Source of the DNA: Patescibacteria group bacterium
Lineage (GTDB): Bacteria > Patescibacteriota > Patescibacteriia > SG8-24
Assembly (NCBI GenBank): GCA_034716415.1
Contig: JAYEJB010000071.1
Coordinates: 1 to 58,340, forward strand
Direction: 5' to 3'
Length of the DNA: 58,340 bases
Of this stretch, positions 9,737 to 19,027 are shown in pieces (the stretch's first letter is position 1; each line of letters opens with the position of its first letter). The translations under genes and the position numbers were made by a program. Under the pieces are notes generated by a model. The model worked only from the letters and a program-made list of their open reading frames with translations, was not told the origin of the DNA and did not search any database.

Positions 9737-10891
9737 CTAAAACATCTCTTTCAACGTAGAAAACATCTCGTAGAGAGCTCCCAATGACAGGACCACGATT
9801 GTGACATTGGCCCAGAGCAGAGGAACACCAAGCTTCTTCTCCTTAAGCGATCCTTTCTTGGTTACGGCGATATACAGCAATGCCACGATGACCGCCGTGA
9901 TACCGCCGAACACCGCTCCCGAGAATCCGACGATTGTGATGAAATTCTTGGCCCCGAGCATGACGACCGCGAGCGGCACCCCCACGGCCAGCAACCAGGC
10001 CGGCACGATATGCATCTTATAGTCATACTCGAACGTGGAACGCAGATTCAGTCCGATGACGAAGTATGACGTCGCTACCGCCAGGAAGCCGAATACCGCG
10101 GCGAACGCGGAGACCCCTCCGCCCAATACCATCTTCAGTCCGCTGACTGCGTCGGTCGTGGTCGCCTCACCGGTCACTCCGTACACCATCAACCCGAAGA
10201 GCGTCGTCAACACGATAGCGATCAGCATGCCGATGATGATCGATTTCCTGAAGCCCTTGTGCTTCCCCTTCATGACGTCCTCCATCTCCGGGATGGCGCT
10301 GATGCCCGAGAGCGAGAACAGGATGACGCCGTACGGCAGGAACAGGTCGCCGTTCACGAACGGCATGAAGTTATCCAGACGCACGAACGGTGCCGACATG
10401 CCGACGATGACCAGAAGAGCGATCCCCAAAAGCACGGTCGACACAAAATCGATCTTCTCGACGAAACCCAGCCCGAAATAGATGACCGCGGCGCCGAGTA
10501 TGCCCCACGCGATCTGATAATGAAAAATCTCCCCGCCGATATGCGGTGAAAGCAAGACATGCAGAAACGTCCCGCCCACCAGGATATATGCGATCAGTCC
10601 ACCCCAGAATCCGAGTATGGTCGCGGCGGCCGCGATATGTTTGGCGCGCGGACCGATATATTTGCGCGCCAACCCCACAAGCCTGATCTTCTCTTCGCAG
10701 GCCATCGCCGCCTCGGCATAGAACAGGCTCTGGAGTATCTGGATCGCGCCCAGTACGACGATGAAGACGAGCGCCAGCCCGACGCCGACCTGGCTCATGG
10801 CGTACGGCACGCCGAAAATGCCGACACCGACGACGGTCCCGACCAAAGCCGCTGTCGCGAGCACGAACCTCTTGCGGTCTAGGGAAATCAT
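9737..10891 (-). CDS. Amino acid permease (aromatic amino acid/HAAAP-like)
   Basis: GTVVGVGIFGVPY, ~11 hydrophobic segments, YGVILFSL; start trimmed to MISLD. Confidence 0.88.
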   Translation of the reverse strand: MISLDRKRFVLATAALVGTVVGVGIFGVPYAMSQVGVGLALVFIVVLGAIQILQSLFYAEAAMACEEKIRLVGLARKYIGPRAKHIAAAATILGFWGGLIAYILVGGTFLHVLLSPHIGGEIFHYQIAWGILGAAVIYFGLGFVEKIDFVSTVLLGIALLVIVGMSAPFVRLDNFMPFVNGDLFLPYGVILFSLSGISAIPEMEDVMKGKHKGFRKSIIIGMLIAIVLTTLFGLMVYGVTGEATTTDAVSGLKMVLGGGVSAFAAVFGFLAVATSYFVIGLNLRSTFEYDYKMHIVPAWLLAVGVPLAVVMLGAKNFITIVGFSGAVFGGITAVIVALLYIAVTKKGSLKEKKLGVPLLWANVTIVVLSLGALYEMFSTLKEMF

Positions 10892-10959
10892 ATATACATT
10901 ATACCATGAAACGGTTCGGCTTTTCCGCGCCGTACGCCCTTTTATCTCGGAGGAGAGTT

Positions 10960-11577
10960 TTGACTTCCACAACTCCCGAAAAGGAACTGGCCCCAAAGAA
11001 GCCAGTCATCATAACCAACGGCTTTTCCCCCATCCCGATGTCCGTGGAACACCTCGCCCTCGTCTACAGGGCGGCCGGTTTCCAGGTCAGGATCATCGAG
11101 TATCGACTCGAGGACATGATGGACATCAAGCGATACGCCAAGCATATCGCCAGGACCGCCCGCGAACTGCACGAATCGACAGGTCACAAGGCCCACATCG
11201 TCGGCATCAGCATGGGTGGTGTAGCCGCACTCTTCGGCATCAAGTTCTATGCTGCTGCACCTGTTGTCGATACGTTGGTGGCCATGGGCTCTCCGTTCAA
11301 AGGGACACCAGCCACGTTCCTGGGTGAATGGACACTGCTGTTTCACAAGACGGGGCGGCAACTGGCGTTCAGGAGCGAATTCATCCAGAAACTTCACGAG
11401 GATCCCCTGCCACCCGGACCGCGCTACGTGTCTGTGAGCGGACATCTGGATTTCGTCTGCCCTCCCTATGTTTCGCAGCTCGATGGAACTGACAACCGTT
11501 TTCTGCTGTTCCAGCACTTTCACCTCATACTGTCACCCCTGCTGCACCAGCAGATCGCGAACATCCTGCTCGAATGA
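10960..11577 (+). CDS. Small alpha/beta hydrolase (lipase/esterase-like)
   Basis: Nucleophile elbow GISMGG, MGSPFKGT, GHLDFVCP, C-terminal His; TTG start after GGAGGAG. Confidence 0.85.
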   Translation: MTSTTPEKELAPKKPVIITNGFSPIPMSVEHLALVYRAAGFQVRIIEYRLEDMMDIKRYAKHIARTARELHESTGHKAHIVGISMGGVAALFGIKFYAAAPVVDTLVAMGSPFKGTPATFLGEWTLLFHKTGRQLAFRSEFIQKLHEDPLPPGPRYVSVSGHLDFVCPPYVSQLDGTDNRFLLFQHFHLILSPLLHQQIANILLE

Positions 11578-11666
11578 GCGTAACCCGACTATGTGTCGGG
11601 TCTTTTTATACTGCAGGCTTGCCGCGACAGCCTCGATGCACTAACGTGAACAGACGGAGAAGAACC

Positions 11667-12293
11667 TTGAAAGAAAAAACGAACACAGCAACGAAAACCA
11701 GGAAGCGCGTTGTGGTCGTGGCGAACGGGTTCTTCCCGTTTCCGCTACCAAGGCGACACATCATCAAGGCGATCGAGAAGTATGGCTTTGAGGCTCGAGT
11801 CATTCGGTTCGACCTGAAGAACAAGCGGAACGTGGTGACCTACTCGGCTACAATCGCCTGCGAAGTCCGAATGGCGCGTCGCCGCTCCGGCCGCAGAGTC
11901 GACCTGATAAGCACCAGCATGGGTGCCGTAGCCGGACTGCACGCGATCATGTTCAATGGTATCGCGGATCACGTGCGAAGGTTCGTGGCAGCAGGCGCGC
12001 CGTACGACGGATCACCTGTGGCGGCGTTCTTCAAACACATCGGAATGCTTGTCGGCTGCGAGGCCCCGGGCCAAATGACCAGGGGCAGTCCACTGCTGAA
12101 ACGACTCAAGGCGACCCCGTTGCCGCAAGGCCCGGAGTACTTCTCGTTCGGCGGCCTGTACGACGGCACCTGTCCCATCCCGACACACGAACTCGAGGGC
12201 GCGAAAAACATCCGCCATCCGTTCAGCCACAAGGACATCATGTTCAGGAGCTGGTTCCACGGCATCATCACGGAACTCTACCTTAGAGAGTGA
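11667..12293 (+). CDS. Small alpha/beta hydrolase paralog
   Basis: STSMGA, AGAPYDGS, GLYDGTCP, FSH; TTG start after GGAGAAG; clearly alignable to the upstream gene. Confidence 0.82.
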   Translation: MKEKTNTATKTRKRVVVVANGFFPFPLPRRHIIKAIEKYGFEARVIRFDLKNKRNVVTYSATIACEVRMARRRSGRRVDLISTSMGAVAGLHAIMFNGIADHVRRFVAAGAPYDGSPVAAFFKHIGMLVGCEAPGQMTRGSPLLKRLKATPLPQGPEYFSFGGLYDGTCPIPTHELEGAKNIRHPFSHKDIMFRSWFHGIITELYLRE

Positions 12294-12390
12294 TCTATCC
12301 CCCGCTTTGGGGGATATTTTTGTGAACAAACTGTGTATTCGCCGATTTGCCCCTTGCCGACGCGTGTCGTAAAGTACGTATGCAAAGAAT

Positions 12391-13851
12391 ATGCCTGAAG
12401 AGAGAATTCCACCGCAGAATATCGACGCGGAACAATCGTTACTCGGCGCCTTGCTTATAGACAAGGAAGCCTTGCTTAATGTCGCCGATCTGGTGCGTCC
12501 GGAAGATTTCTACCGGCAGGCGCACACGGACATCTTCTGCACGATGCTCGAACTGCACGGCAAGCGCGAGCCGATCGACATGACGACCTTACCGAACAGG
12601 ATGGACGAATTGAAACTTCTGGAAGGGGCCGGCGGCCGCACGTATCTGACCGAACTGTCGGCCATGGTCGCGACCGCGGCGCACGTTGTACACTACGCCG
12701 ACATCATCCAGAAGAAGTCCACCCGGCGCAGGATGCTGGCCGCCGCGGGAGAGATCATCTCCCTGGCGCACGAGGAGACCGAGGATGTGGACGGCCTCCT
12801 GGACGATGCCGAACAGAGACTGTCCAACGTCTCGAAGAGAAACCTGAAAACCTCGTTCACGCCGATCAAGGAGGCGCTCGACAATGCGTTCGAGCGCATC
12901 GATGACCTGCACAAACAGGACGGAAAGATGCGCGGCGTACCGACCGGCTACCGGGACCTCGATTCCCTCTTAGCCGGACTGCAGCGCTCGGACCTGGTAA
13001 TCCTCGCCGCGCGTCCGTCGGTCGGTAAGACCAGTTTCGCGCTGGACATCGCCAGGAACGCGGCAGTCATCGGCAAAATGCCGGTCGGACTCTTTTCGCT
13101 CGAGATGTCAAAGGAGCAGCTCGTAGACCGCATGCTTTGCGCGGAAGCGGGTGTCGACCTGTGGCGCATGCGCACCGGACAACTCAAGGACTCCGGCGAT
13201 GACAGCGATTTCTCGCGTATCGGCCACGCCCTGGGCAAACTGTCCGAAGCGCCGATCTTCATCGATGATACGGCGAACGTCAACGTCATGGAAATCCGCA
13301 CCAAAGCGCGCCGCCTGCAGAGCGAACACGGGCTCGGCCTGCTGGTCATCGACTATCTGCAGCTGATGGAATCGCGCCGCACCCGGGCGAGCGACAACAG
13401 GACGCAGGAAGTCGCGGAGATCACGCGTGCCCTGAAGGGTATCGCGCGCGAACTGGACATTCCGGTGCTGGCGTTGTCGCAGCTGTCGCGTCTCACCGAA
13501 CAGTCCAAACCTGCCATCCCGAAACTGTCGCATTTACGTGAGTCCGGTTCCATCGAACAGGACGCGGATGTGGTGCTGTTCCTGTATCGCAAAGCCACGG
13601 ACAAGAACTATAAGCTGGAGGAGATTCCGCTCGACGAAAGGTATACCGCGGAAGTGCACGTGGCCAAGCACCGCAACGGCCCATGCGGAGTAGTCAAGAT
13701 GTTCTTCGACGAAGCACGCGTCAGTTTCCGCGACCTCGACCGAAAGCACGCACCGAGCACTCCGCCACCGGAACACGGTCAGCAGGCGACTCCGGTGCAC
13801 GCGGCGATGCCGGTGCAGGGAGCACCGAAAGATAATGAGCCGAAGTTCTGA
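12391..13851 (+). CDS. dnaB: Replicative DNA helicase
   Basis: Motifs PPQNIDAEQSLLG, AARPSVGKT, FSLEMS, IDYLQLM, LSQLSR, LRESGSIEQDAD, AKHRNGP; no intein seen. Confidence 0.98.
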   Translation: MPEERIPPQNIDAEQSLLGALLIDKEALLNVADLVRPEDFYRQAHTDIFCTMLELHGKREPIDMTTLPNRMDELKLLEGAGGRTYLTELSAMVATAAHVVHYADIIQKKSTRRRMLAAAGEIISLAHEETEDVDGLLDDAEQRLSNVSKRNLKTSFTPIKEALDNAFERIDDLHKQDGKMRGVPTGYRDLDSLLAGLQRSDLVILAARPSVGKTSFALDIARNAAVIGKMPVGLFSLEMSKEQLVDRMLCAEAGVDLWRMRTGQLKDSGDDSDFSRIGHALGKLSEAPIFIDDTANVNVMEIRTKARRLQSEHGLGLLVIDYLQLMESRRTRASDNRTQEVAEITRALKGIARELDIPVLALSQLSRLTEQSKPAIPKLSHLRESGSIEQDADVVLFLYRKATDKNYKLEEIPLDERYTAEVHVAKHRNGPCGVVKMFFDEARVSFRDLDRKHAPSTPPPEHGQQATPVHAAMPVQGAPKDNEPKF

Positions 13852-13883
13852 CCGAAGCCTAAAAGCTGAAAAGCTAATAGGAT

Positions 13884-13977
13884 GATGTCTTATGCACAGT
13901 TTGGGGAAAAAACAGGCTGCCTGTTTCCCGCAGGAAACAGACTGTCTGTGTTTTCCCCAAACTGTGCATAAGACATC
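13884..13977. repeat. Family-A 94-bp palindromic element
   Basis: GATGTCTTATGCACAGTTTGGGG...CCCCAAACTGTGCATAAGACATC with internal AAACAGGCTGCCTGTTT. Confidence 0.92.
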
Positions 13978-14045
13978 TACCTAACTATATATAATATATA
14001 ATTTGAAATTCTTTTAAGCTTTTGAACTGTTAAGCTCAAGAAAAT

Positions 14046-14339
14046 ATGTTCAACAAACTCAAGCAGGTAAAAGACATGCGCGACAAGGCCAAGAAGCTCC
14101 AGAATATGCTTTCCGAGGAGAGCGTGGAGGCGAGCGCCGCGTGGGGCAAGGTCAAAGTCGTGATGGATGGCAATCAATCCGTGCAGTCGGTAGAAATCGA
14201 CCCGGAGATGCTTTCGGACAAGCGGAAACTAGAGGAGGCGATGAAAGAGGTCTACAACGACGCAGTCAAGAAAGCGCAAAAAAAAATGGTCGACAAGATG
14301 CGTAAGAGCGGCGACCTGAACATTCCGGGGTTGACTTAA
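14046..14339 (+). CDS. ybaB: YbaB/EbfC nucleoid-associated protein
   Basis: 97 aa; Q..LSEESVEAS, VKVVMDGNQ, VEIDPE; upstream of recR. Confidence 0.92.
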   Translation: MFNKLKQVKDMRDKAKKLQNMLSEESVEASAAWGKVKVVMDGNQSVQSVEIDPEMLSDKRKLEEAMKEVYNDAVKKAQKKMVDKMRKSGDLNIPGLT

Positions 14340-14342
14340 AAT

Positions 14343-14442
14343 TTTGTCATTGCGAGGAGTGAAGCGACGCGGCAACCCCGTACGGACAGCAATAACCACC
14401 GGGATTGCCGCGGTCGCCTGCGGGCTCCCTCGCAATGACAAA
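14343..14442. repeat. Family-B REP-like palindrome (TGTCATTGCGAG...CTCGCAATGACA)
   Basis: Terminal inverted repeats shared with copies at 24849, 38274 and 41159. Confidence 0.9.
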
Positions 14443-14449
14443 TATTGAA

Positions 14450-14890
14450 ATGCATAACTTCCCCGAACCGATAGAGCGGCTCATCGAGGATCTCTGCCCC
14501 TCCTGCCCCTTCTCCCACCCCCGCTCCTCCCCGCCCAACAATGACATGAGATAAATGCGTGATTTTCCAGAACAAATCAAGAGACTTATCGAGGAGCTCG
14601 GCCCTTCGACTCCGCTCAGGACCTCCCCGCCCAACAATGACATGAGATAAATGCGTGATTTTCCAGAACCAATCAAGAGACTCATCGAGGAGCTCGGCCC
14701 TTCGACTCCGCTCAGGACCTCCCCGCCCAACAATGACATGAGATAAATGCGTGATTTTCCAGAACCAATCAAGAGACTCATCGAGGAGCTCGGCCCTTCG
14801 ACTCCGCTCAGGACCTCCCCGCCCAACAATGACATGAGATAAATGCGTGATTTTCCAGAACCAATCAAGAGACTTATCGAGGAGCTCGGC
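14450..14890 (+). repeat. Tandem array duplicating the recR start region (3 x 96-bp units plus one 105-bp diverged unit)
   Basis: ATGs at 14450, 14555, 14651, 14747 and 14843, each later ATG directly preceded by TAA; a 78-nt segment is repeated four times, separated by CCTTCGACTCCGCTCAGG. Confidence 0.95.
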
Positions 14891-15469
14891 AGACTGCCTG
14901 GTGTCGGCCTGAAGACGGCCGAACGCTATGCTTTCGCGCTACTGAAACGCCGCGGCGAGGACAGGGAGCGCCTGGCGAACTCGATACTCGACATCGGCGG
15001 GTCGTTGAGCACCTGCTCGGTCTGCGGTAACTACACGGAAAAGGACCCGTGCCCCATCTGTTCGGACGCGCGGCGCGAACGCGCGTTCGTCTGCGTGGTC
15101 GCCACGGAACAGGACCTACTGGCCGTGGAACGCACCGGAGAGTTCGCCGGCCTGTATCACGTGCTGGGTGGAGTGCTGTCCCCCGCCGACGGTATCACGC
15201 CGAATGAACTCAACGTCCGGGAACTGCAGTCGCGTGTGACGCGGGACGCACTCGAAGAGATCATCCTCGCGTTCGACCACACCATCGAAGGCGAATCGAC
15301 CATGATGTACCTGACGCGCGTGCTCCGACCGTCCGGCATCCGGGTGACGCGCCTGGCGCGCGGCCTGCCGACCGGCAGTGAAGTCGGATACGCCGACGAA
15401 GTGACTTTGTCGGACGCGTTGCGCGGCCGACGGGAAATAGCGAAAAAACGCGAGACCACAAAAGCATAG
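14843..15469 (+). CDS. recR: Recombination mediator RecR
   Basis: LPGVGLKTAER, CSVCGN..CPIC zinc finger, YHVLGG, Toprim EEIILA, TRLARGLP.G. Confidence 0.97.
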   Translation: MRDFPEPIKRLIEELGRLPGVGLKTAERYAFALLKRRGEDRERLANSILDIGGSLSTCSVCGNYTEKDPCPICSDARRERAFVCVVATEQDLLAVERTGEFAGLYHVLGGVLSPADGITPNELNVRELQSRVTRDALEEIILAFDHTIEGESTMMYLTRVLRPSGIRVTRLARGLPTGSEVGYADEVTLSDALRGRREIAKKRETTKA

Positions 15470-15489
15470 GATATATAGAAAAAACGCCG

Positions 15490-15981
15490 TCATTCCGACG
15501 ACGTTTTCGGTTGCTGTTCCTCAAGCCGTAATATCATCGGCCTTCCGTTTCCGGAGTCTATGGCGACGGCCAACACCTTAAGGTCGATGAGGTCCATGCC
15601 CGACAAGGCTTCCTGCACCTCGGCGGGCAACACGCCATGACCGAGACAGACATTATTCACCAGCGTCCTGATCTGGCACAGGGATTCCGTCGCGGACCAG
15701 AGGATTTCCTCTCGAACCATCCGCTCGGCCATGATGTCAGACACGCGCTGGAGCATCCTTTCGGTCACCAGTCGCCTGTTCGCCACTCCCAGCCGTATCA
15801 GGATCTGACAGCAGAAGTTCGTTCCATCATGGGTCCGGAACGAGACCGTAAACGTCGATTCGATGCGATCAACCGGAACGCATGGCACCTCGACCGAACT
15901 CCGATACGGAGGTCCGACGATCGACTCATTCCACGACAATCTCCTGTTTCTTCTTCGTTTCCTTCGCGACATTCTGACCAC
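15490..15981 (-). CDS. Hypothetical protein (~160 aa)
   Basis: ORF fills the gap between recR and the protease gene; start uncertain. Confidence 0.55.
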   Translation of the reverse strand: MVRMSRRKRRRNRRLSWNESIVGPPYRSSVEVPCVPVDRIESTFTVSFRTHDGTNFCCQILIRLGVANRRLVTERMLQRVSDIMAERMVREEILWSATESLCQIRTLVNNVCLGHGVLPAEVQEALSGMDLIDLKVLAVAIDSGNGRPMILRLEEQQPKTSSE

Positions 15982-16114
15982 CCGAAGATAAAGAACCTTC
16001 TTTCAGTGAATCAGCTGTTACTGCCAAGGTCAACGAAGACCCTGGACCGAAGCGCACAAAAAGGTTAAAAATGAAATACGACCTCCGATAGAGGTCCGAT
16101 GGAAGGAGGCCGAA

Positions 16115-16753
16115 GTGAAAGCTTGCTTACCGGACGAGCAGCAACCTCTTTTTGCCAAGATGGTGCGCTCGACCGTTCAAATCGAAAGTCGTGACATGGA
16201 GAAGATCGGCGCGGGCGTGCTGATCAGCCCCACTGGTCTGATCCTGACCGCAGATCACGTCGTGGGTGACGTCAACAGATTCGACATCCGCCCTTGCCGA
16301 CTGGAGAAGTGGCGGATCAAGCTCCTCAAAAGGATGTTCGATGTAGAAGTCGTCTACCGTGACGAGAGGGCGGACATCGCCGTACTGCTGATCAAGGAGG
16401 GTCTACAAGGAGCCGTTCACGCGGAGATAGATTACGGACCCACCAAAGCAGGTGCCGGAGTCTACCGCGTGGGTACGGACAGGATACCGATGGCGTCAGG
16501 GCATGTCTACACCTTCTGGAACGACATGAGTGTACGTCATCTGGCCATCAGTATGACTGCGGAAAACGGCTGTAGCGGCGGGCCTATCTTCAACGATGAC
16601 CTGAAGCTCGTCGGAATCGCAGTCAGGGCGACTGACGATCTCAAACTTCCGACTACATGCTATGCCGTCCAGACAAGGACCATCCATAGCCGCATCCTGT
16701 TCCGCAGGGTGGTCAAGCAGCATCTTCCTGAAGACCTGCGTAAACCACGCTAG
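16115..16753 (+). CDS. Trypsin-like (S1) serine protease, no signal peptide or PDZ domain
   Basis: GAGVLI, LTADHVV (His), ADIAVL (Asp), GCSGGP (Ser); GTG start after AAGGAGG. Confidence 0.88.
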   Translation: MKACLPDEQQPLFAKMVRSTVQIESRDMEKIGAGVLISPTGLILTADHVVGDVNRFDIRPCRLEKWRIKLLKRMFDVEVVYRDERADIAVLLIKEGLQGAVHAEIDYGPTKAGAGVYRVGTDRIPMASGHVYTFWNDMSVRHLAISMTAENGCSGGPIFNDDLKLVGIAVRATDDLKLPTTCYAVQTRTIHSRILFRRVVKQHLPEDLRKPR

Positions 16754-16800
16754 GACTATACAAAAACCCGGCTCTCGCCGGGCTTTTTCTTTCCTTTAGA

Positions 16801-17121
16801 CTAGACCTTGATTTCATCGATCAATATCTCCGTATAGTGTTGCCTGTGGCCTGTCTTCTTCTTGTAACGGATTTTCGGTTTGTATTTGACGACCTCAACC
16901 TTCTTGCCGCGGCCTTCACCCAATACCGTAGCCGTGACCTTGGCGCCCTTGACGGTCGGCGTGCCGACCTTGGCGTCCTTGTCGGCCTCGTCAGCGACCA
17001 GAAGCGGATCGAAGCTCAGCTTCTTCCCTTCCTTGGCTTCCAGCTTCTCGACCTTCAGCTTTTCGCCTGGCTTGACCAGGTACTGTTTTCCGCCTGTCTC
17101 AATGACTGCGATGTATCCCAT
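16801..17121 (-). CDS. rplU: 50S ribosomal protein bL21
   Basis: AVIETGGKQY, KVEKL, GHRQ.YT. Confidence 0.97.
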   Translation of the reverse strand: MGYIAVIETGGKQYLVKPGEKLKVEKLEAKEGKKLSFDPLLVADEADKDAKVGTPTVKGAKVTATVLGEGRGKKVEVVKYKPKIRYKKKTGHRQHYTEILIDEIKV

Positions 17122-17165
17122 ATTATTCGTATTTCTGCTTCAAGTTGGGGCTAAGCAGAGATACC

Positions 17166-17681
17166 TTACCTCAACGCCCCGCGCCTGTCAATATCGAACT
17201 TCACGGGCAGGCCGAGTTTGAGACCGTGCCGCGCCGCGAATCCGGCCGGCACCTCAAGCACGCTGTCCGCCTCGGTGACCGGTGAGAAGAACGGTATCTC
17301 TTCGCCTTCAACCGGCGGCGCGATCCCGATGGTGATGTCCACTATCTCGCCGTCGCGCATCCAGACCGCATCAAGCGGAATCTCCATGCCCTTCATCCAG
17401 AATTTATACTTACTCGCGGTCGCGAACAGGAACAGCATGCCGCTGTCTGCGTCCATTTCCTTACGTCCGGAAAGCCCCTTCTCGCGGGTGGCATCGCTCG
17501 CCGCGACCAGGACCGGAATCGCCGGACCGTCACCGATAGTCACGGTTCCCTTGCCGAAACCGGCCTGATGATATTTCAGCAGGCCTGTCGCCACGACGAT
17601 CGCGACGAGAACGAAAATCGTCAGGGTGGCCTTGATATCCAACCGGTTATCGTCGTCGTCTTTCCTGATGAATGGATTCAT
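17166..17681 (-). CDS. DUF192-family protein with N-terminal membrane anchor
   Basis: REKGLSGR, GMLFLF, FWMKGM.IPLD, VLEVPAG. Confidence 0.9.
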   Translation of the reverse strand: MNPFIRKDDDDNRLDIKATLTIFVLVAIVVATGLLKYHQAGFGKGTVTIGDGPAIPVLVAASDATREKGLSGRKEMDADSGMLFLFATASKYKFWMKGMEIPLDAVWMRDGEIVDITIGIAPPVEGEEIPFFSPVTEADSVLEVPAGFAARHGLKLGLPVKFDIDRRGALR

Positions 17682-18766
17682 GTCGCTTTCTCTTTCCTCT
17701 TCCTGATTATAAGCGAACCGGCCAAAGCCACAAGAAGCAGGCTGAACAGCACGCCGATCGCCACGACCTTGGACGAACCGCGCAGGAAGAGCGTCGACGT
17801 ACCGAACAGCACGGATACGAACCAGAACAACATCACCACCTGACGTTCATTGAAGCCGCTGTCGACCAGAAGGAAGTGAAGGTGGCTGCGATCTCCGGAG
17901 GTCGGTGAGCGTTTCCGTGCCATGCGTCGGATAATGACGAAGACGGCATCGAAGAGCGGCAGTCCGATGATGAGCAGTGTAGTCGCGATTTTTCCGCCGG
18001 AGATGATGGCCAGCACCCCGAGCAGGAAGCCGGCCGCGGTAGAACCGCCCTCTCCCAGGAAGATGGATGCGGGGTGGATGTTGAAGACGAGAAAACCGGC
18101 GAACACGCCCGCGACCGCGAGCGCCAGCAATGCGGTGTCGGGCTGTGAGACCTCGGCCATCATACTGACCGCCGCGATGACGACGCCGCCGATGACGACC
18201 AGTCCGGAGACGAGTCCGTCGAGGCCGTCCAGGAATTTAGTGGTATAGGTCATGCCCATCAGCCAGGCCAGCGTGAAAATATCGGCGAGGAGCGTCAGGC
18301 GGTACGGAATGCCGTCCCACCAAAGCACGATGACCCTTATCTCGTCGAGATGAAACAGCCCGCCGAGCGGGTTAGTGATATAGGTCACGCCGATGCCGCT
18401 GGCGATGATGACGAACGTGGCCAGGACCGGAAAGATGATCTGTCGCGACGGCTTCATGTCGAACCGATCGTCTATGACGCCGCCCAGTGCCAGGATCGCG
18501 ACAGCGACGGCGATACCGATGAGATATTTCGACTTGATGTATTCACCCGGCAGCCAGCCGGTCGAGTACAGGAAAAGCGCGATTGCGGCGATCGATACCG
18601 CTATCGCAATACCTCCCATCAGGGCTACCGGACGGCCGTGCTTCTTGCGAGGCAGCTTGGGCTCATCAACTATGTCGTGGCGCCTCGAAAAGGCCCGCAC
18701 AAGATAAGTGCAGGCCGCGCAGACAACGAACGCCACCCCAAAAGTGATGATCAGCTTAGTGAGCAT
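17678..18766 (-). CDS. MraY/WecA/TagO-family polyprenyl-phosphate sugar-phosphate transferase (GT4)
   Basis: GGIAI, GVIDD, FLDGLDGL, FLGEGGS, DRSHLH; the HLH motif suggests WecA/TagO-like. Confidence 0.92.
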   Translation of the reverse strand: MLTKLIITFGVAFVVCAACTYLVRAFSRRHDIVDEPKLPRKKHGRPVALMGGIAIAVSIAAIALFLYSTGWLPGEYIKSKYLIGIAVAVAILALGGVIDDRFDMKPSRQIIFPVLATFVIIASGIGVTYITNPLGGLFHLDEIRVIVLWWDGIPYRLTLLADIFTLAWLMGMTYTTKFLDGLDGLVSGLVVIGGVVIAAVSMMAEVSQPDTALLALAVAGVFAGFLVFNIHPASIFLGEGGSTAAGFLLGVLAIISGGKIATTLLIIGLPLFDAVFVIIRRMARKRSPTSGDRSHLHFLLVDSGFNERQVVMLFWFVSVLFGTSTLFLRGSSKVVAIGVLFSLLLVALAGSLIIRKRKEKAT

Positions 18767-18827
18767 ATCTGGATTGAAGGATAACAGGAAAGTGGAAGAG
18801 TGAGAAAGTGTGAGAGAGTGAGAGAGC

Positions 18828-18918
18828 TGTTTTGTCCACAGCTTGGCAAGAAAACACAGGCGGTCTGTTTCGCACCGAAACAGGCTGCCTGTTTTTCTGC
18901 CAAGCTGTGGACAAAACA
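18828..18918. repeat. Family-A variant palindrome (91 bp)
   Basis: TGTTTTGTCCACAGCTTGGCA...TGCCAAGCTGTGGACAAAACA with the same internal AAACAGGCTGCCTGTTT module. Confidence 0.85.
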
Positions 18919-19027
18919 AACACCCTGCGACCAAGCGGTCACAGGGTGAAAGTATCGTTATTGTTTCTGGGCTTTGGAGAGAACGCGAGGACCGGAGTCC
19001 TCGAGACGACCATTGCGGCCGCTTCTC

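Noticed and set aside
14347-14868. 173-aa minus-strand repetitive ORF
   Set aside because: It is the antisense reading of the 96-bp array, overlaps the recR start and repeat B, and has no promoter or SD support.
14450-14890. recR-start array as a CRISPR array or a DGR template/variable pair
   Set aside because: Units are near-identical with no unique spacers and no cas genes. Differences in the old copy involve all four bases, not only adenines, and no reverse transcriptase is present.
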